NCBI GenBank assembly: GCA_022447685.1
Contig: JAKVAO010000004.1
Coordinates: 1,978-65,977, forward strand
Origin: Candidatus Caenarcanales bacterium
GTDB lineage: Bacteria > Cyanobacteriota > Vampirovibrionia > LMEP-6097
Length of the DNA stretch: 64,000 nt
Direction of reading: 5' to 3'
The notes under the pieces are model-generated. The model was not told the origin of the DNA, made no database searches, and worked only from the letters and a program-made list of their open reading frames with translations. The stretch's first letter is position 1, and each line of letters begins with the position of its first letter. Below are positions 18,921 to 27,962 of the stretch, piece after piece. A program made the translations under genes and the position numbers.

Positions 18921-20453
18921 ATGATTAACCCAAGCTCAAATCAAAGAGACCCCAACATTAGATTCTTACTGAAAACAAATGGTGAAAAAATAACAGTAAC
19001 ACCTTATAAACAAGCTCCTATTGCCAACAAAATTCTCCACAAAAAAGATCAAACAATTCCAAGAGAAGAAACACCTAAAATAAATCCAGAAATGACAGCA
19101 GGAGATTTAACAGAAATATTATTTACATTCAAGCCAAGTGACTTCTACAACAAACAAAATAACGAAAATTTAAGAGTAGTTATAAAGGAGAAAGCAGATT
19201 TTGGCTTTGAAAGGGAAGTTAGAAAGTGGAGAGAGAAATTCCCCAAATTAAACTTTAAACAAAGATTGGGATTCTTATCTATGTTTGCAGAAAAACATGA
19301 AGAGCTAAATATAAAAACAAATCAATTTAAAAGAAATAATGACCACCTAAGAAAATTTATAGACAACCGAGCTTTAGAATTTTTAAGAAATGAAATAGCC
19401 AAGGAAGAACTTTTCTCAAATAAAAATAAAGATTCTAAAGAATTTAATGATTTCAATAATCTATTTATTTCACTAAAAAAACTCAGACACGGTTGGGCAT
19501 ATAGGCAAGACAGTATTCATCAGTTATTAGTACAAAAAATTGACTGGGAAAAACCGCTGACAGACAATACCTTGAAGCTAATAGAAAGTAGTTTCATACA
19601 TCCCATAGAACATTATGCACAAGGTAAAAGAGTTGAATACTATGAAGAAAGAGAATTACTTGCAGAAGTAAGTGCAAACTTAAAAAAATATAATCATCCA
19701 AAACAAGAAATATACAAAAATGCCTTCGAATATAATCCTAATCAAGAATTTGCATTAGCAAAATTAACAGATGTATTGGAAGAGTATTTAAAAGAACAAA
19801 AATTGTCTAACATGGGTGAAAATATGTCACCAGAAATCAATTATGCAATCGAAGGTTCGCTATATTCAATTTTCCATGACTACGCACATTATCTTTTAAA
19901 TGATGAAAATTTTATACCAAATCTTGAAAATGAAAATAAAAGTGAAGAAGATGAATTAAAAGTTAGACAAAATGAATTAAGAGTAGCTGCTGCTGAAGGT
20001 CTGATGTACTTCATATTAGATATACGCTCCTCCGGAAGATTTTCACCATCAAATGAATGGGCGGATTCATCCTACGCAAATCAACTAGAGTATTATAATA
20101 AATACAGAGATACCACACCAGGCTTAAGTAAAGAAGAAGTAGAAGTATCCAAACTTTATGGTATTTTTATGGCTCTCCAAACTATAAACCATAATATGAA
20201 TGTACTTAAAAATTATTCAAACAACAAACTTTTAAACTATCACACTAAGACAAGCGACCTAGCAAAATTTGAGCCTGCACCTACAAAAATAATAGTTAAT
20301 GGCGAGGAAACTACTTGGTACGAACTAATCAAAAAAGATCCTGCTAAATTTGAAAAAATCATTTCTGACTCAATAGATAAAATACTAGAAAATCGAAAAA
20401 AATCTGAAGAAATTATCCCAGACTCAACAGATGAAAATAAAGCTAAAATATAA
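18921..20453 (+). CDS. hypothetical K/N/E-rich effector-like protein (N-terminus MINPSSNQRDP)
   Basis: 510 aa with the N-terminal P-S-S motif of the family and no recognisable domain. Confidence 0.6.
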   Translation: MINPSSNQRDPNIRFLLKTNGEKITVTPYKQAPIANKILHKKDQTIPREETPKINPEMTAGDLTEILFTFKPSDFYNKQNNENLRVVIKEKADFGFEREVRKWREKFPKLNFKQRLGFLSMFAEKHEELNIKTNQFKRNNDHLRKFIDNRALEFLRNEIAKEELFSNKNKDSKEFNDFNNLFISLKKLRHGWAYRQDSIHQLLVQKIDWEKPLTDNTLKLIESSFIHPIEHYAQGKRVEYYEERELLAEVSANLKKYNHPKQEIYKNAFEYNPNQEFALAKLTDVLEEYLKEQKLSNMGENMSPEINYAIEGSLYSIFHDYAHYLLNDENFIPNLENENKSEEDELKVRQNELRVAAAEGLMYFILDIRSSGRFSPSNEWADSSYANQLEYYNKYRDTTPGLSKEEVEVSKLYGIFMALQTINHNMNVLKNYSNNKLLNYHTKTSDLAKFEPAPTKIIVNGEETTWYELIKKDPAKFEKIISDSIDKILENRKKSEEIIPDSTDENKAKI

Positions 20454-20455
20454 AC

Positions 20456-21175
20456 ATGCCACAAGAAATAATCATATGCAGCAGTAACCAAGGAAAATTA
20501 AGAGAGTTCGCTGAAATCCTAGATATACTCTATGAAAGATCTTCACTAGAACTAGACCCTGAACAATACTACTTCAAAAACCTAAGAGACCTAGGAATCA
20601 ATGATTTCGATCCTGAAGAAACAGGTTCAACATACCTAGAAAACGCGAGAATCAAAGCTATAGCTGGAGCTAAAAGAACTAATCAAATTTCTTTAGCAGA
20701 CGATAGTGGCATCGAAGTACAAGCTTTAAATGGTGAACCAGGTATCTACTCAGGAAGATACTTACGTGATCCAGATAAAGGAGTAAATGGTTTACTTACA
20801 AGTATGGCAGACAAAGAAAATAGAGAAGTTCGTTATGTCTGTGCGCTAGTACTTGCAAATCCAGAAGGTGAGATTATCTTCGAAACTATGTCCTACTGGT
20901 ATGGTGAACTTGCTACAGAGAAACATGGAGAGCAAGGCTTCGGTTTCGATCCGATAGTGTACCCAGTGCTAGAAACTAATTACGACGATCAGATTCATAT
21001 AGAGCAAGAATTTAAATTCCCTGAATCAGGACATACTAATAAAACTAAAACCGTAGCAGAAATGGAATCTAGAGAGAAAAACTCATACAGTCATAGATTT
21101 AAAGCTATGAAGAAATTACTTAGATTTCTTTTAAAGAAAGTTGATTTGGCACAGGATAGTGCTGATGTCATCTAG
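20456..21175 (+). CDS. rdgB: non-canonical purine NTP pyrophosphatase (Ham1/RdgB family)
   Basis: The N-terminus IIICSSNQGKLREF and the C-terminal SHRFKAMKKLLRFL fit RdgB/Ham1. Confidence 0.8.
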   Translation: MPQEIIICSSNQGKLREFAEILDILYERSSLELDPEQYYFKNLRDLGINDFDPEETGSTYLENARIKAIAGAKRTNQISLADDSGIEVQALNGEPGIYSGRYLRDPDKGVNGLLTSMADKENREVRYVCALVLANPEGEIIFETMSYWYGELATEKHGEQGFGFDPIVYPVLETNYDDQIHIEQEFKFPESGHTNKTKTVAEMESREKNSYSHRFKAMKKLLRFLLKKVDLAQDSADVI

Positions 21176-22076
21176 CTATAGCCACATAGCTGTTATGCCT
21201 AGTGAAACTCTTACTGGACTTGATGTTCAAGAAGGGTTAATATATTTTGATTGCACTCTAGGTGGAGCTGGACACTCGAAAATGATTCTAGAACAACTAA
21301 ATGGTACTGGACATCTATACTCCTTCGATCAAGATATAAATGTAATTCAAAGTCACAAAGAGGAAGCTACTAAATATGAAAACTGGACTTTAGTTCATAG
21401 TAACTTTGAAAATATCCCTGAATACTGTAAAGAGAATAATATCGAGATCACTGGTGGCTTACTAATGGACTTAGGGCTAAGCTCTATACAGTTAGATAAT
21501 CCTGAAAGAGGTTTTAGCTACCAACACGAAAGCCAGCTAGATATGCGCATGGATACAGACTTAGAAATATCTGCCTATGAAGTAATCAACCATTTCAAAG
21601 AAAAAGAAATCGCTGATATATTCTATAACTATTCAGAGGAAAGACTTTCAAGACAAATAGCATCTAAGATTATTGAAAAACGTCCAATTGAAACGAATAA
21701 AGAATTAGCTGATCTTATCAAAGAAATCTATTGGAAGCGTTACCACAAACACTCGAAGACACATCCAGCAACTAAATGTTTTCAAGCATTAAGAATCTAT
21801 GTAAACCGTGAATTAGAAGTTTTGGAAAACTTATTAGAAGCAATTCCTGGATTACTTTCTGAAAACGCCAAAGTAGTAATTATCTCATTTCATTCTCTTG
21901 AAGATAGGGTAGCCAAACTATTTTTCAAAAAGAAAAGTGATGATTATAAATTTGAATTAGATTTCAAAAAACCACTAGAAGCAAGTAGAGAAGAAATGAA
22001 AGTCAATTCTAGATCCCGCTGTGCAAAACTAAGAGCAGGAAAATTTACTGTTAAGGAAAATAATCTATGCCAGTAA
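21165..22076 (+). CDS. rsmH: 16S rRNA (cytosine1402-N4)-methyltransferase RsmH
   Basis: YSHIAVMPSETL...YFDCTLGGAGHS...GGLLMDLGLSS.QLD...RGFS...LDMRMD...SFHSLEDR are RsmH blocks. The ORF track starts earlier (21141), but the canonical RsmH N-terminus begins at the Met at 21165. Confidence 0.9.
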   Translation: MSSSYSHIAVMPSETLTGLDVQEGLIYFDCTLGGAGHSKMILEQLNGTGHLYSFDQDINVIQSHKEEATKYENWTLVHSNFENIPEYCKENNIEITGGLLMDLGLSSIQLDNPERGFSYQHESQLDMRMDTDLEISAYEVINHFKEKEIADIFYNYSEERLSRQIASKIIEKRPIETNKELADLIKEIYWKRYHKHSKTHPATKCFQALRIYVNRELEVLENLLEAIPGLLSENAKVVIISFHSLEDRVAKLFFKKKSDDYKFELDFKKPLEASREEMKVNSRSRCAKLRAGKFTVKENNLCQ

Positions 22077-23065
22077 TTTATTCAGATTACCAAGCTCCGT
22101 TACTATTTCGTAACCCACACCTGCACACAATTTTCCCATATCTATTACGTAAACGCCCCAAACTCAAATACTCCAGAACTAGAATTGAAACAAGAGATAA
22201 TGACTTTTTAGATTTAGATTTTTTGATTCATAAAAACTCTCACTTAAATTCAAATAGCAGTTTAGTAATCATTTGTCATGGTCTAGAGAGCAATTCTGAA
22301 ACAGGAACTGAAGCTAGTATAGGGAAAATACTCTATGATCACGACTACGATATTTTAGCTATGAACTATAGAGCCTGTAGCGGTGAGGACAATAGACTGA
22401 GTAAAACTTACCACAGTGGCAAAAGTGAAGACCTAAGAGAAGTCTTAGCTTATGTTCTAGAGAATTATAACTATGAAAATATTTACCTAGTAGGAATCAG
22501 CATTGGTGGCAATATAGTTCTAAAATATCTAGGAGAAGAAGCCGGACAAATCAATCCTAAAATCAAAAAAGCTATAGCTTTATCCACACCGATAGATCTT
22601 GCTTGTAGCGCAAATCAAATGGCAAAGCCTACAAATTACATATATATGAAACGCTTTCTATTAAACCTTTATAGGAAAATGAAAATCAAATCTAAGCATT
22701 TCCCAGATACAGTTTCAGTAAAGGACTTTCACAAAATGAAAAACTTTCATGATTTTGATGGCAAATACACAGCACCATTAAACGGTTTCAAATCTGCTGA
22801 AGATTACTGGCAAAAAGCAAGTTCCAAGCAACTCCTAAATTCAATACAAATTCCTACATTGATGCTGAGTTCAGAAGACGATAGTTTTCTTGGAGGAAAT
22901 TGTTATCCAATCCTTGAAGCAATGGATAGTAAAAATTTACACTTAGAAATCACTAAACACGGTGGACATGTAAGTTTTATAGATTTCAACAAAGAAAATA
23001 TTTATTACCACGAAAGAAGAATACTTGAATTTTTTCAATCTTCACAAGATAGAATAGCGAGTTAA
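22067..23065 (+). CDS. alpha/beta-fold hydrolase (YheT-like)
   Basis: GISIGGN nucleophile elbow (G-x-S-x-G) and overall resemblance to the YheT/abhydrolase family. The start overlaps the rsmH stop, suggesting translational coupling. Confidence 0.7.
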   Translation: MPVIYSDYQAPLLFRNPHLHTIFPYLLRKRPKLKYSRTRIETRDNDFLDLDFLIHKNSHLNSNSSLVIICHGLESNSETGTEASIGKILYDHDYDILAMNYRACSGEDNRLSKTYHSGKSEDLREVLAYVLENYNYENIYLVGISIGGNIVLKYLGEEAGQINPKIKKAIALSTPIDLACSANQMAKPTNYIYMKRFLLNLYRKMKIKSKHFPDTVSVKDFHKMKNFHDFDGKYTAPLNGFKSAEDYWQKASSKQLLNSIQIPTLMLSSEDDSFLGGNCYPILEAMDSKNLHLEITKHGGHVSFIDFNKENIYYHERRILEFFQSSQDRIAS

Positions 23066-23075
23066 AATATAAATA

Positions 23076-23432
23076 GTGAACTACATCTCATCCAATAAAC
23101 TTTTAATAGTAGCTATTTTTATATTTGCATTAAGCAGCGTATTAATGTTTATCAATATTGGATTTGAGTCTGTAAATAAAGCTTTAAAAACAGAAATCAA
23201 TAATATTTATAACGAAAAAAATAAACTCAAAGTTTCTTATTTACAAAGAAGCTCTATAAACAACTTAAGTGGAACAGCAAGTAGATTCCAAATGGTTCAC
23301 ATCAACGATAAAAATAGTTTTACTATCAATGAAAACAATTATAAATTCAGTAATAAACTTAATGAAAAAACATTAAATGAGAAACTCCAAGCTTATCAAC
23401 TTGAAAGAAAAAAACTTATTTATGGGTTTTAG
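23076..23432 (+). CDS. small bitopic membrane protein, possibly FtsL/DivIC-like
   Basis: 118 aa with one N-terminal TM helix (LLIVAIFIFALSSVLMFINIGF) followed by a coiled-coil segment. This architecture, and a position downstream of rsmH, are typical of FtsL, but the identification is weak. Confidence 0.3.
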   Translation: MNYISSNKLLIVAIFIFALSSVLMFINIGFESVNKALKTEINNIYNEKNKLKVSYLQRSSINNLSGTASRFQMVHINDKNSFTINENNYKFSNKLNEKTLNEKLQAYQLERKKLIYGF

Positions 23433-23441
23433 ATAGTTTTT

Positions 23442-23867
23442 TTAAAACGGGATTTCCATATCTTCTTCACTAAAATCTGAACTGTCAGACTGTGAAGGTG
23501 AAGAGTTATATACTTCAGTATCAACAAGATTACTAGAACTAGACCCAGATGAAGCACTTAGAAGATTAAGCTTACTTGCTTCAACAACAAAAGCTCTAAC
23601 ATTGTTACCTTCTCTATCAGTATATTGTTCTATTTGAGGTCTTCCAATAACCAAAACCTCAGCTCCAGAATTCAAAGAATCAAGATACTGAGCGTGATTA
23701 TCACCCCAAAGATTAACTTTTACAGAGTGCTGTTTAACTTCTTTACTTCTACCATCATATCTATCGATATTCATGTAGAAAGAAATAACCGAAACATTAT
23801 TAGGCGTATATCTTTGTTCAGCCTTATTATTCAAAGTACCAGATAAAGTTATAGAAGCAAATGTCAT
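23442..23867 (-). CDS. ssb: single-stranded DNA-binding protein
   Basis: OB-fold N-terminal domain, an S/Q-rich linker, and the acidic C-terminal tip EEDMEIPF that is canonical for SSB. Confidence 0.85.
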   Translation of the reverse strand: MTFASITLSGTLNNKAEQRYTPNNVSVISFYMNIDRYDGRSKEVKQHSVKVNLWGDNHAQYLDSLNSGAEVLVIGRPQIEQYTDREGNNVRAFVVEASKLNLLSASSGSSSSNLVDTEVYNSSPSQSDSSDFSEEDMEIPF

Positions 23868-23868
23868 A

Positions 23869-24168
23869 TTATGATGCTAGCACTTCTTGTACGTTATAAA
23901 TCTCAAATCTTAAAAGATCTTCAACTAATTTCATTCTATCTTTGATAGCACTGACATCACTTGGCTCAGCACTTAACTTAAGAATAATCTGGAAAGAACT
24001 TTTCTTGTCTTTAATCGGATAAGCTAAAGTTTGCTTACCTTTTAAATTAACATCGTCAAATTTAACATTGAATTTAGATAGAGTAGACTCTAAATCTTTC
24101 AAAAACCTAGTTGCAGATGAATCATCGAAGTTAGGAGCTAATATTAGAAGAAGTTCGTAAGTTTTCAT
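23869..24168 (-). CDS. rpsF: 30S ribosomal protein S6
   Basis: MKTYELLLILAPN... has S6-like size and N-terminus. Its position immediately upstream of ssb is the conserved rpsF-ssb arrangement. Confidence 0.75.
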   Translation of the reverse strand: MKTYELLLILAPNFDDSSATRFLKDLESTLSKFNVKFDDVNLKGKQTLAYPIKDKKSSFQIILKLSAEPSDVSAIKDRMKLVEDLLRFEIYNVQEVLAS

Positions 24169-24186
24169 AGCTAAATTAATATTATA

Positions 24187-24603
24187 TTATCTTTTCGATG
24201 TCATTGCAAGTTTTTTATCATTGTCCTGATTTAAGCCCTCCAAATAAAGCTTTCCCTCAAGTACAGTAACAGCAGATCCAGCAAGCTTAGACTTGTATCC
24301 ACCACTTGCATCGAGAGAAATTTGAATTTCAAGTCGCCCTTTACGCTTTAGAATATCTCCCTACTCTGCTTTGAGAATAAGTTTAGCTGCATCATCAAGT
24401 TCATAAACATTATTCTTTACTAGATAAACAGCCATAGGGCCATTAGCAGAGTCGGTAACTGGATCCTCAAAAATATCGAAGTAAGGAGAGAAAAACCTCG
24501 AACAAAAATGTGAATCTTCATCATGAGTCTCAGTAGTAAAAACCGCAAAACCTTTAGTTTCAAGCTCAGTACCAAAGGCTTCTAATTCAGCATATATAAA
24601 CAA
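24187..24603 (-). pseudogene. remnant of a PhzF-family (phenazine-biosynthesis-like epimerase) gene: N-terminally truncated and with an in-frame TAG
   Basis: The 80-aa ORF (...SRFFSPYFDIFEDPVTDSANGPMAVYLV...) matches the second half of PhzF. After the TAG at 24361..24363 the same frame continues GDILKRKGRLEIQISLDASGGYKSKLAGSAVTVLEGKLYL, the PhzF C-terminus. The total of about 135 aa compares with about 280 aa for an intact protein. Confidence 0.6.
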
Positions 24604-24853
24604 CTTTATTTAAAACCTCTAAGCTCTTTATAGGATTCATATTAAAGATTATAAAGTAGTTGGTCTTTTTTTCATTCCAAAGAACTATCTTTAATCGGTA
24701 AAAACTCAACTTAATCATGATTACAAAAGAACTGAAACGTGGTAAGTTAGCCTTTGTGGGTAAAGCTGGTTAAAAAACCCACTTGTGTGTAAAATAAATT
24801 ACTAATTTTTTAGTGGTTTACCTGTGCATAATCAAAAGTAAAAGGAAGAGAAA

Positions 24854-27800
24854 ATGGAAACTGATACACAGAAAGAAGAACTTTTTAGGATGCTACAAAT
24901 TCGTCCTGTACAAGAAAAAACTGAAAATCTAAAATATATTTTCACAAAAAAACTAGATAACTCAACACTAAGGCTTGATCTTCAAAAAACCAGAAATAAC
25001 TATAAACAAGTTAAAAAAATTACTGAAGAATTTGTTAAATCAGCGAGGTTTAAATCTAAATTTAATTCAGAAAAGCTAAATGCAATTGCACAGCTACTAG
25101 AAACTCAGAGAAAAACTCCTGATTTAGCGAAACTAAGAGTAGAATTGAAAACTATAATTGGACCTGATTCTAATAAGTTCACCAAAATCAATACCAATGA
25201 AGAAGAAATTAACCAAATGTGGGATTCTCTTACAGCAACTACTATTTCACAAGAAGAACCTGAGAAAAGAGAAGAATTAATCCAAAGCTTGAGAACTCAA
25301 AACTTTCTTCAAGCATTAAACAATGATTCTAATGTCCTAGAGGATGATACTGAGGTTTTAAGATTACTTAAAGCAAGACCAACTCTAGCAAGCGTTGATG
25401 AAATCAATAATCTTCAAGCAAGAGCTTTTGAGAAGAGAGGAAGAGCACAAAGAACTAAAAACGAAACACAAGACTTTAGTAGAAGAGTAGCTCTATACAA
25501 TAGAATTAAAGAGCTGGAAAACACCAGTAAAGATCTCAATAAAATCTACAAAGTTAATATCAAAGAATCAAGCAAAAGTGCTTCTAAAAATGATATTCAA
25601 CAATCAAAAGCGATACTAGAAAGCCTCAAAAAAGAAAAACCTACAACGGTAAGAAACAACGCTAGTAGTATAAATGTAAATAGAACTATAGTTAATAGGT
25701 TAAACGTTAAAACATTCAATTCACTTGCAAGTTCAAGCAAAGCTAACACTGCTGTTCTAAATAGAGGGGCAGCAAATACTGCTCTAGCAGAGGATTTAGA
25801 AAATGAAGAATTATTTTTACTTTCATCTAATAAAACTAAAGCCACTATTCTTTCAAATAATATCCAAAGAAAACTTACATCTAAATCACAAGCTGTACTT
25901 AAGGACTTTGAAAAAGGTGCTGATGATGAATTAGAAATTAGAAAAACTGAAAATGAAATCGATAAAAGATTAAATCTAGCAAATAAATTAATGATGCAAG
26001 ACTTGCCTACTAAATCAATAATCAAATTAACTAGATTGAGAGAGGCTTCTAAAGCACAATCTTCTAGATTTAATTTTGATCCAGATATCTATAAACTTTT
26101 CAGACCTAGAGTTGATTTATCTAGCTTAAACCCTAATAAAATTACCGGTTCATTTAAGGTTATCGGGATTGGTGACTTACTAAAAGTTGAACAAGAACTA
26201 GTTGACTACCAGGCTTCAGAAGTTTCACATGTTGAAAATGTTATGCAATCTGAAAATAAAAATAGATCATTTAGAAGAAAAACTAATCAAGAAGAAACTT
26301 TATTCACTTCTGAAACGATTGAAGAAGAAAATTCTTATGATCTTCAAAGTACCAAGAGAAGCCAAATGTACAATGAAGTTCAGTCTCAGATTAGAAATGA
26401 AAGCGAAATGAGCTTAGGTATTAATCTTTCAGCCAAATATGGTCCTGTGAAACTTAGTACGGATGCAAACTTCAGCTCAAGACAATCAAAAGAACAAAGC
26501 GCTAAAACAGCTTCTGACTTTGCTAAAGAAGTTACTGAGAAATCAGCAAATACCATCAGCAGTAAAGTTCAAGAAGAAAGAACTACCAAAACTCAAACTG
26601 AGGTTGAAGAGCTTAGTTCACATGGTTTCGATAACTCAAATGGTTCAGGGCATGTAGTTGGAATTTACCAGTGGTTAAACAAGAGATATAAAAACAGAGT
26701 TGTTAACTATGGTAAAAGATTAATGCTTGAGTTCATGGTTCCAGAACCAGCTGCTTTCTATAAGTACGCTCAAGAAAACCCTGTTAATGATATCGATACT
26801 ACTTATATCCCAGCCAAACCAGATCCAATCGGTGATTTAAACTACAGTGATATCAACAGGTCTAACTATAGTGTCTTTGCAGCTAAATATAATGCTGTCG
26901 GCATTCAAGCCCCTCCATCAAGTAAGATCTGCCTTGGTACTAGTATCACCAAGGATTACTCTAAAAAGCAAGAGTATTCTGTAATGATGAACAAGGAATT
27001 AAAAATCCCTGATGGTTATCAAGCCGATAATGCTGAAATTGACTATAGTGCTGTCTGGAGTTCAAATGATTCACCAGCTATCTACTTACTAGTAGGTGAT
27101 GAGAAATTCAAATACTCTGATGGTAACCATATTTTAAATCTTAAAAATGAAGTTGGTACACTTCCCATTTCACTTATGTGCGATTTAAAAGCTATAGCAA
27201 TCAACATCGACGTAGAATGCAAACTTAGAGAAGAAACTTATCAGAACTGGCAAATAGCTACTTATGAAGCAATCAAAGCTGCATACGATAAGATGCAAAA
27301 TGAGTACGAAGATGCTATGCGTCAAGCTGAAATCGATACAGGAGTTCAAATCCGTGGTAACAACCCAGATAAGAATAGAATCACAGAGCAGACTGAACTT
27401 AAAAAATCATGTATCAGAATTCTTTCAAGAGATAGTTTCGAAAACTTCGATGCTATGAAAGATGCTGTTTCGTTTGGTTATCCTGAATTTGATTTAGATG
27501 ATGCTGAACAAGAAGGAAAGTATGTTCAATTCATGGAACAAGCTTTTGAATGGGAGCAAATGACTTACATTAACTATCCTTACTTCTGGGGAAGAAAAAC
27601 TAATTGGTTAGAAACTCAATCATTGTCTGATACAGATCCTAAATTTGAAGCTTTCCTAAAAGCTGGTTACGCTAAAGTAAATATGCCAGTAAGACCAGGC
27701 TATGAAGATGCAGTAATGTACTTCATCAACTCCGGCGGAGAGATTTGGAAAGGTGGTGAAGCACCTGTAATCAACGATCCTATGTATGTATCAATCGCTG

Positions 27801-27910
27801 AAGAGCTTTCAGAGCCTGAAGGTGAGCAAGTAGGTGAAGAATGGGAAACTAAAGTAGCTACTAACTTAGTAATGATTAACCAAGAATCTAAGCTGCCTAG
27901 CTTCAGCTAA
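24854..27910 (+). CDS. large hypothetical protein (1018 aa): K/E/N-rich coiled-coil N-half and globular C-half
   Basis: Strong SD (AAAGGAAGAG) 6 nt upstream of the ATG. No recognisable catalytic motif. Followed by patatin 52 bp downstream. Confidence 0.6.
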   Translation: METDTQKEELFRMLQIRPVQEKTENLKYIFTKKLDNSTLRLDLQKTRNNYKQVKKITEEFVKSARFKSKFNSEKLNAIAQLLETQRKTPDLAKLRVELKTIIGPDSNKFTKINTNEEEINQMWDSLTATTISQEEPEKREELIQSLRTQNFLQALNNDSNVLEDDTEVLRLLKARPTLASVDEINNLQARAFEKRGRAQRTKNETQDFSRRVALYNRIKELENTSKDLNKIYKVNIKESSKSASKNDIQQSKAILESLKKEKPTTVRNNASSINVNRTIVNRLNVKTFNSLASSSKANTAVLNRGAANTALAEDLENEELFLLSSNKTKATILSNNIQRKLTSKSQAVLKDFEKGADDELEIRKTENEIDKRLNLANKLMMQDLPTKSIIKLTRLREASKAQSSRFNFDPDIYKLFRPRVDLSSLNPNKITGSFKVIGIGDLLKVEQELVDYQASEVSHVENVMQSENKNRSFRRKTNQEETLFTSETIEEENSYDLQSTKRSQMYNEVQSQIRNESEMSLGINLSAKYGPVKLSTDANFSSRQSKEQSAKTASDFAKEVTEKSANTISSKVQEERTTKTQTEVEELSSHGFDNSNGSGHVVGIYQWLNKRYKNRVVNYGKRLMLEFMVPEPAAFYKYAQENPVNDIDTTYIPAKPDPIGDLNYSDINRSNYSVFAAKYNAVGIQAPPSSKICLGTSITKDYSKKQEYSVMMNKELKIPDGYQADNAEIDYSAVWSSNDSPAIYLLVGDEKFKYSDGNHILNLKNEVGTLPISLMCDLKAIAINIDVECKLREETYQNWQIATYEAIKAAYDKMQNEYEDAMRQAEIDTGVQIRGNNPDKNRITEQTELKKSCIRILSRDSFENFDAMKDAVSFGYPEFDLDDAEQEGKYVQFMEQAFEWEQMTYINYPYFWGRKTNWLETQSLSDTDPKFEAFLKAGYAKVNMPVRPGYEDAVMYFINSGGEIWKGGEAPVINDPMYVSIAEELSEPEGEQVGEEWETKVATNLVMINQESKLPSFS

Positions 27911-27962
27911 TTGACTATTACAAAATTTAGTCACAAACTCGAAAATAAAAGGTGCATAAGCT

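Noticed and set aside
24361-24363. In-frame TAG codons (here and at about 51064) might indicate stop-codon reassignment or an alternative genetic code.
   Set aside because: TAG cleanly terminates several complete, conserved genes in this window (the peroxiredoxin at 39133, ATPase paralog 3 at 18861 and the gene ending at 15505). Every long ORF is intact under the standard code. These are pseudogene lesions or sequence errors.
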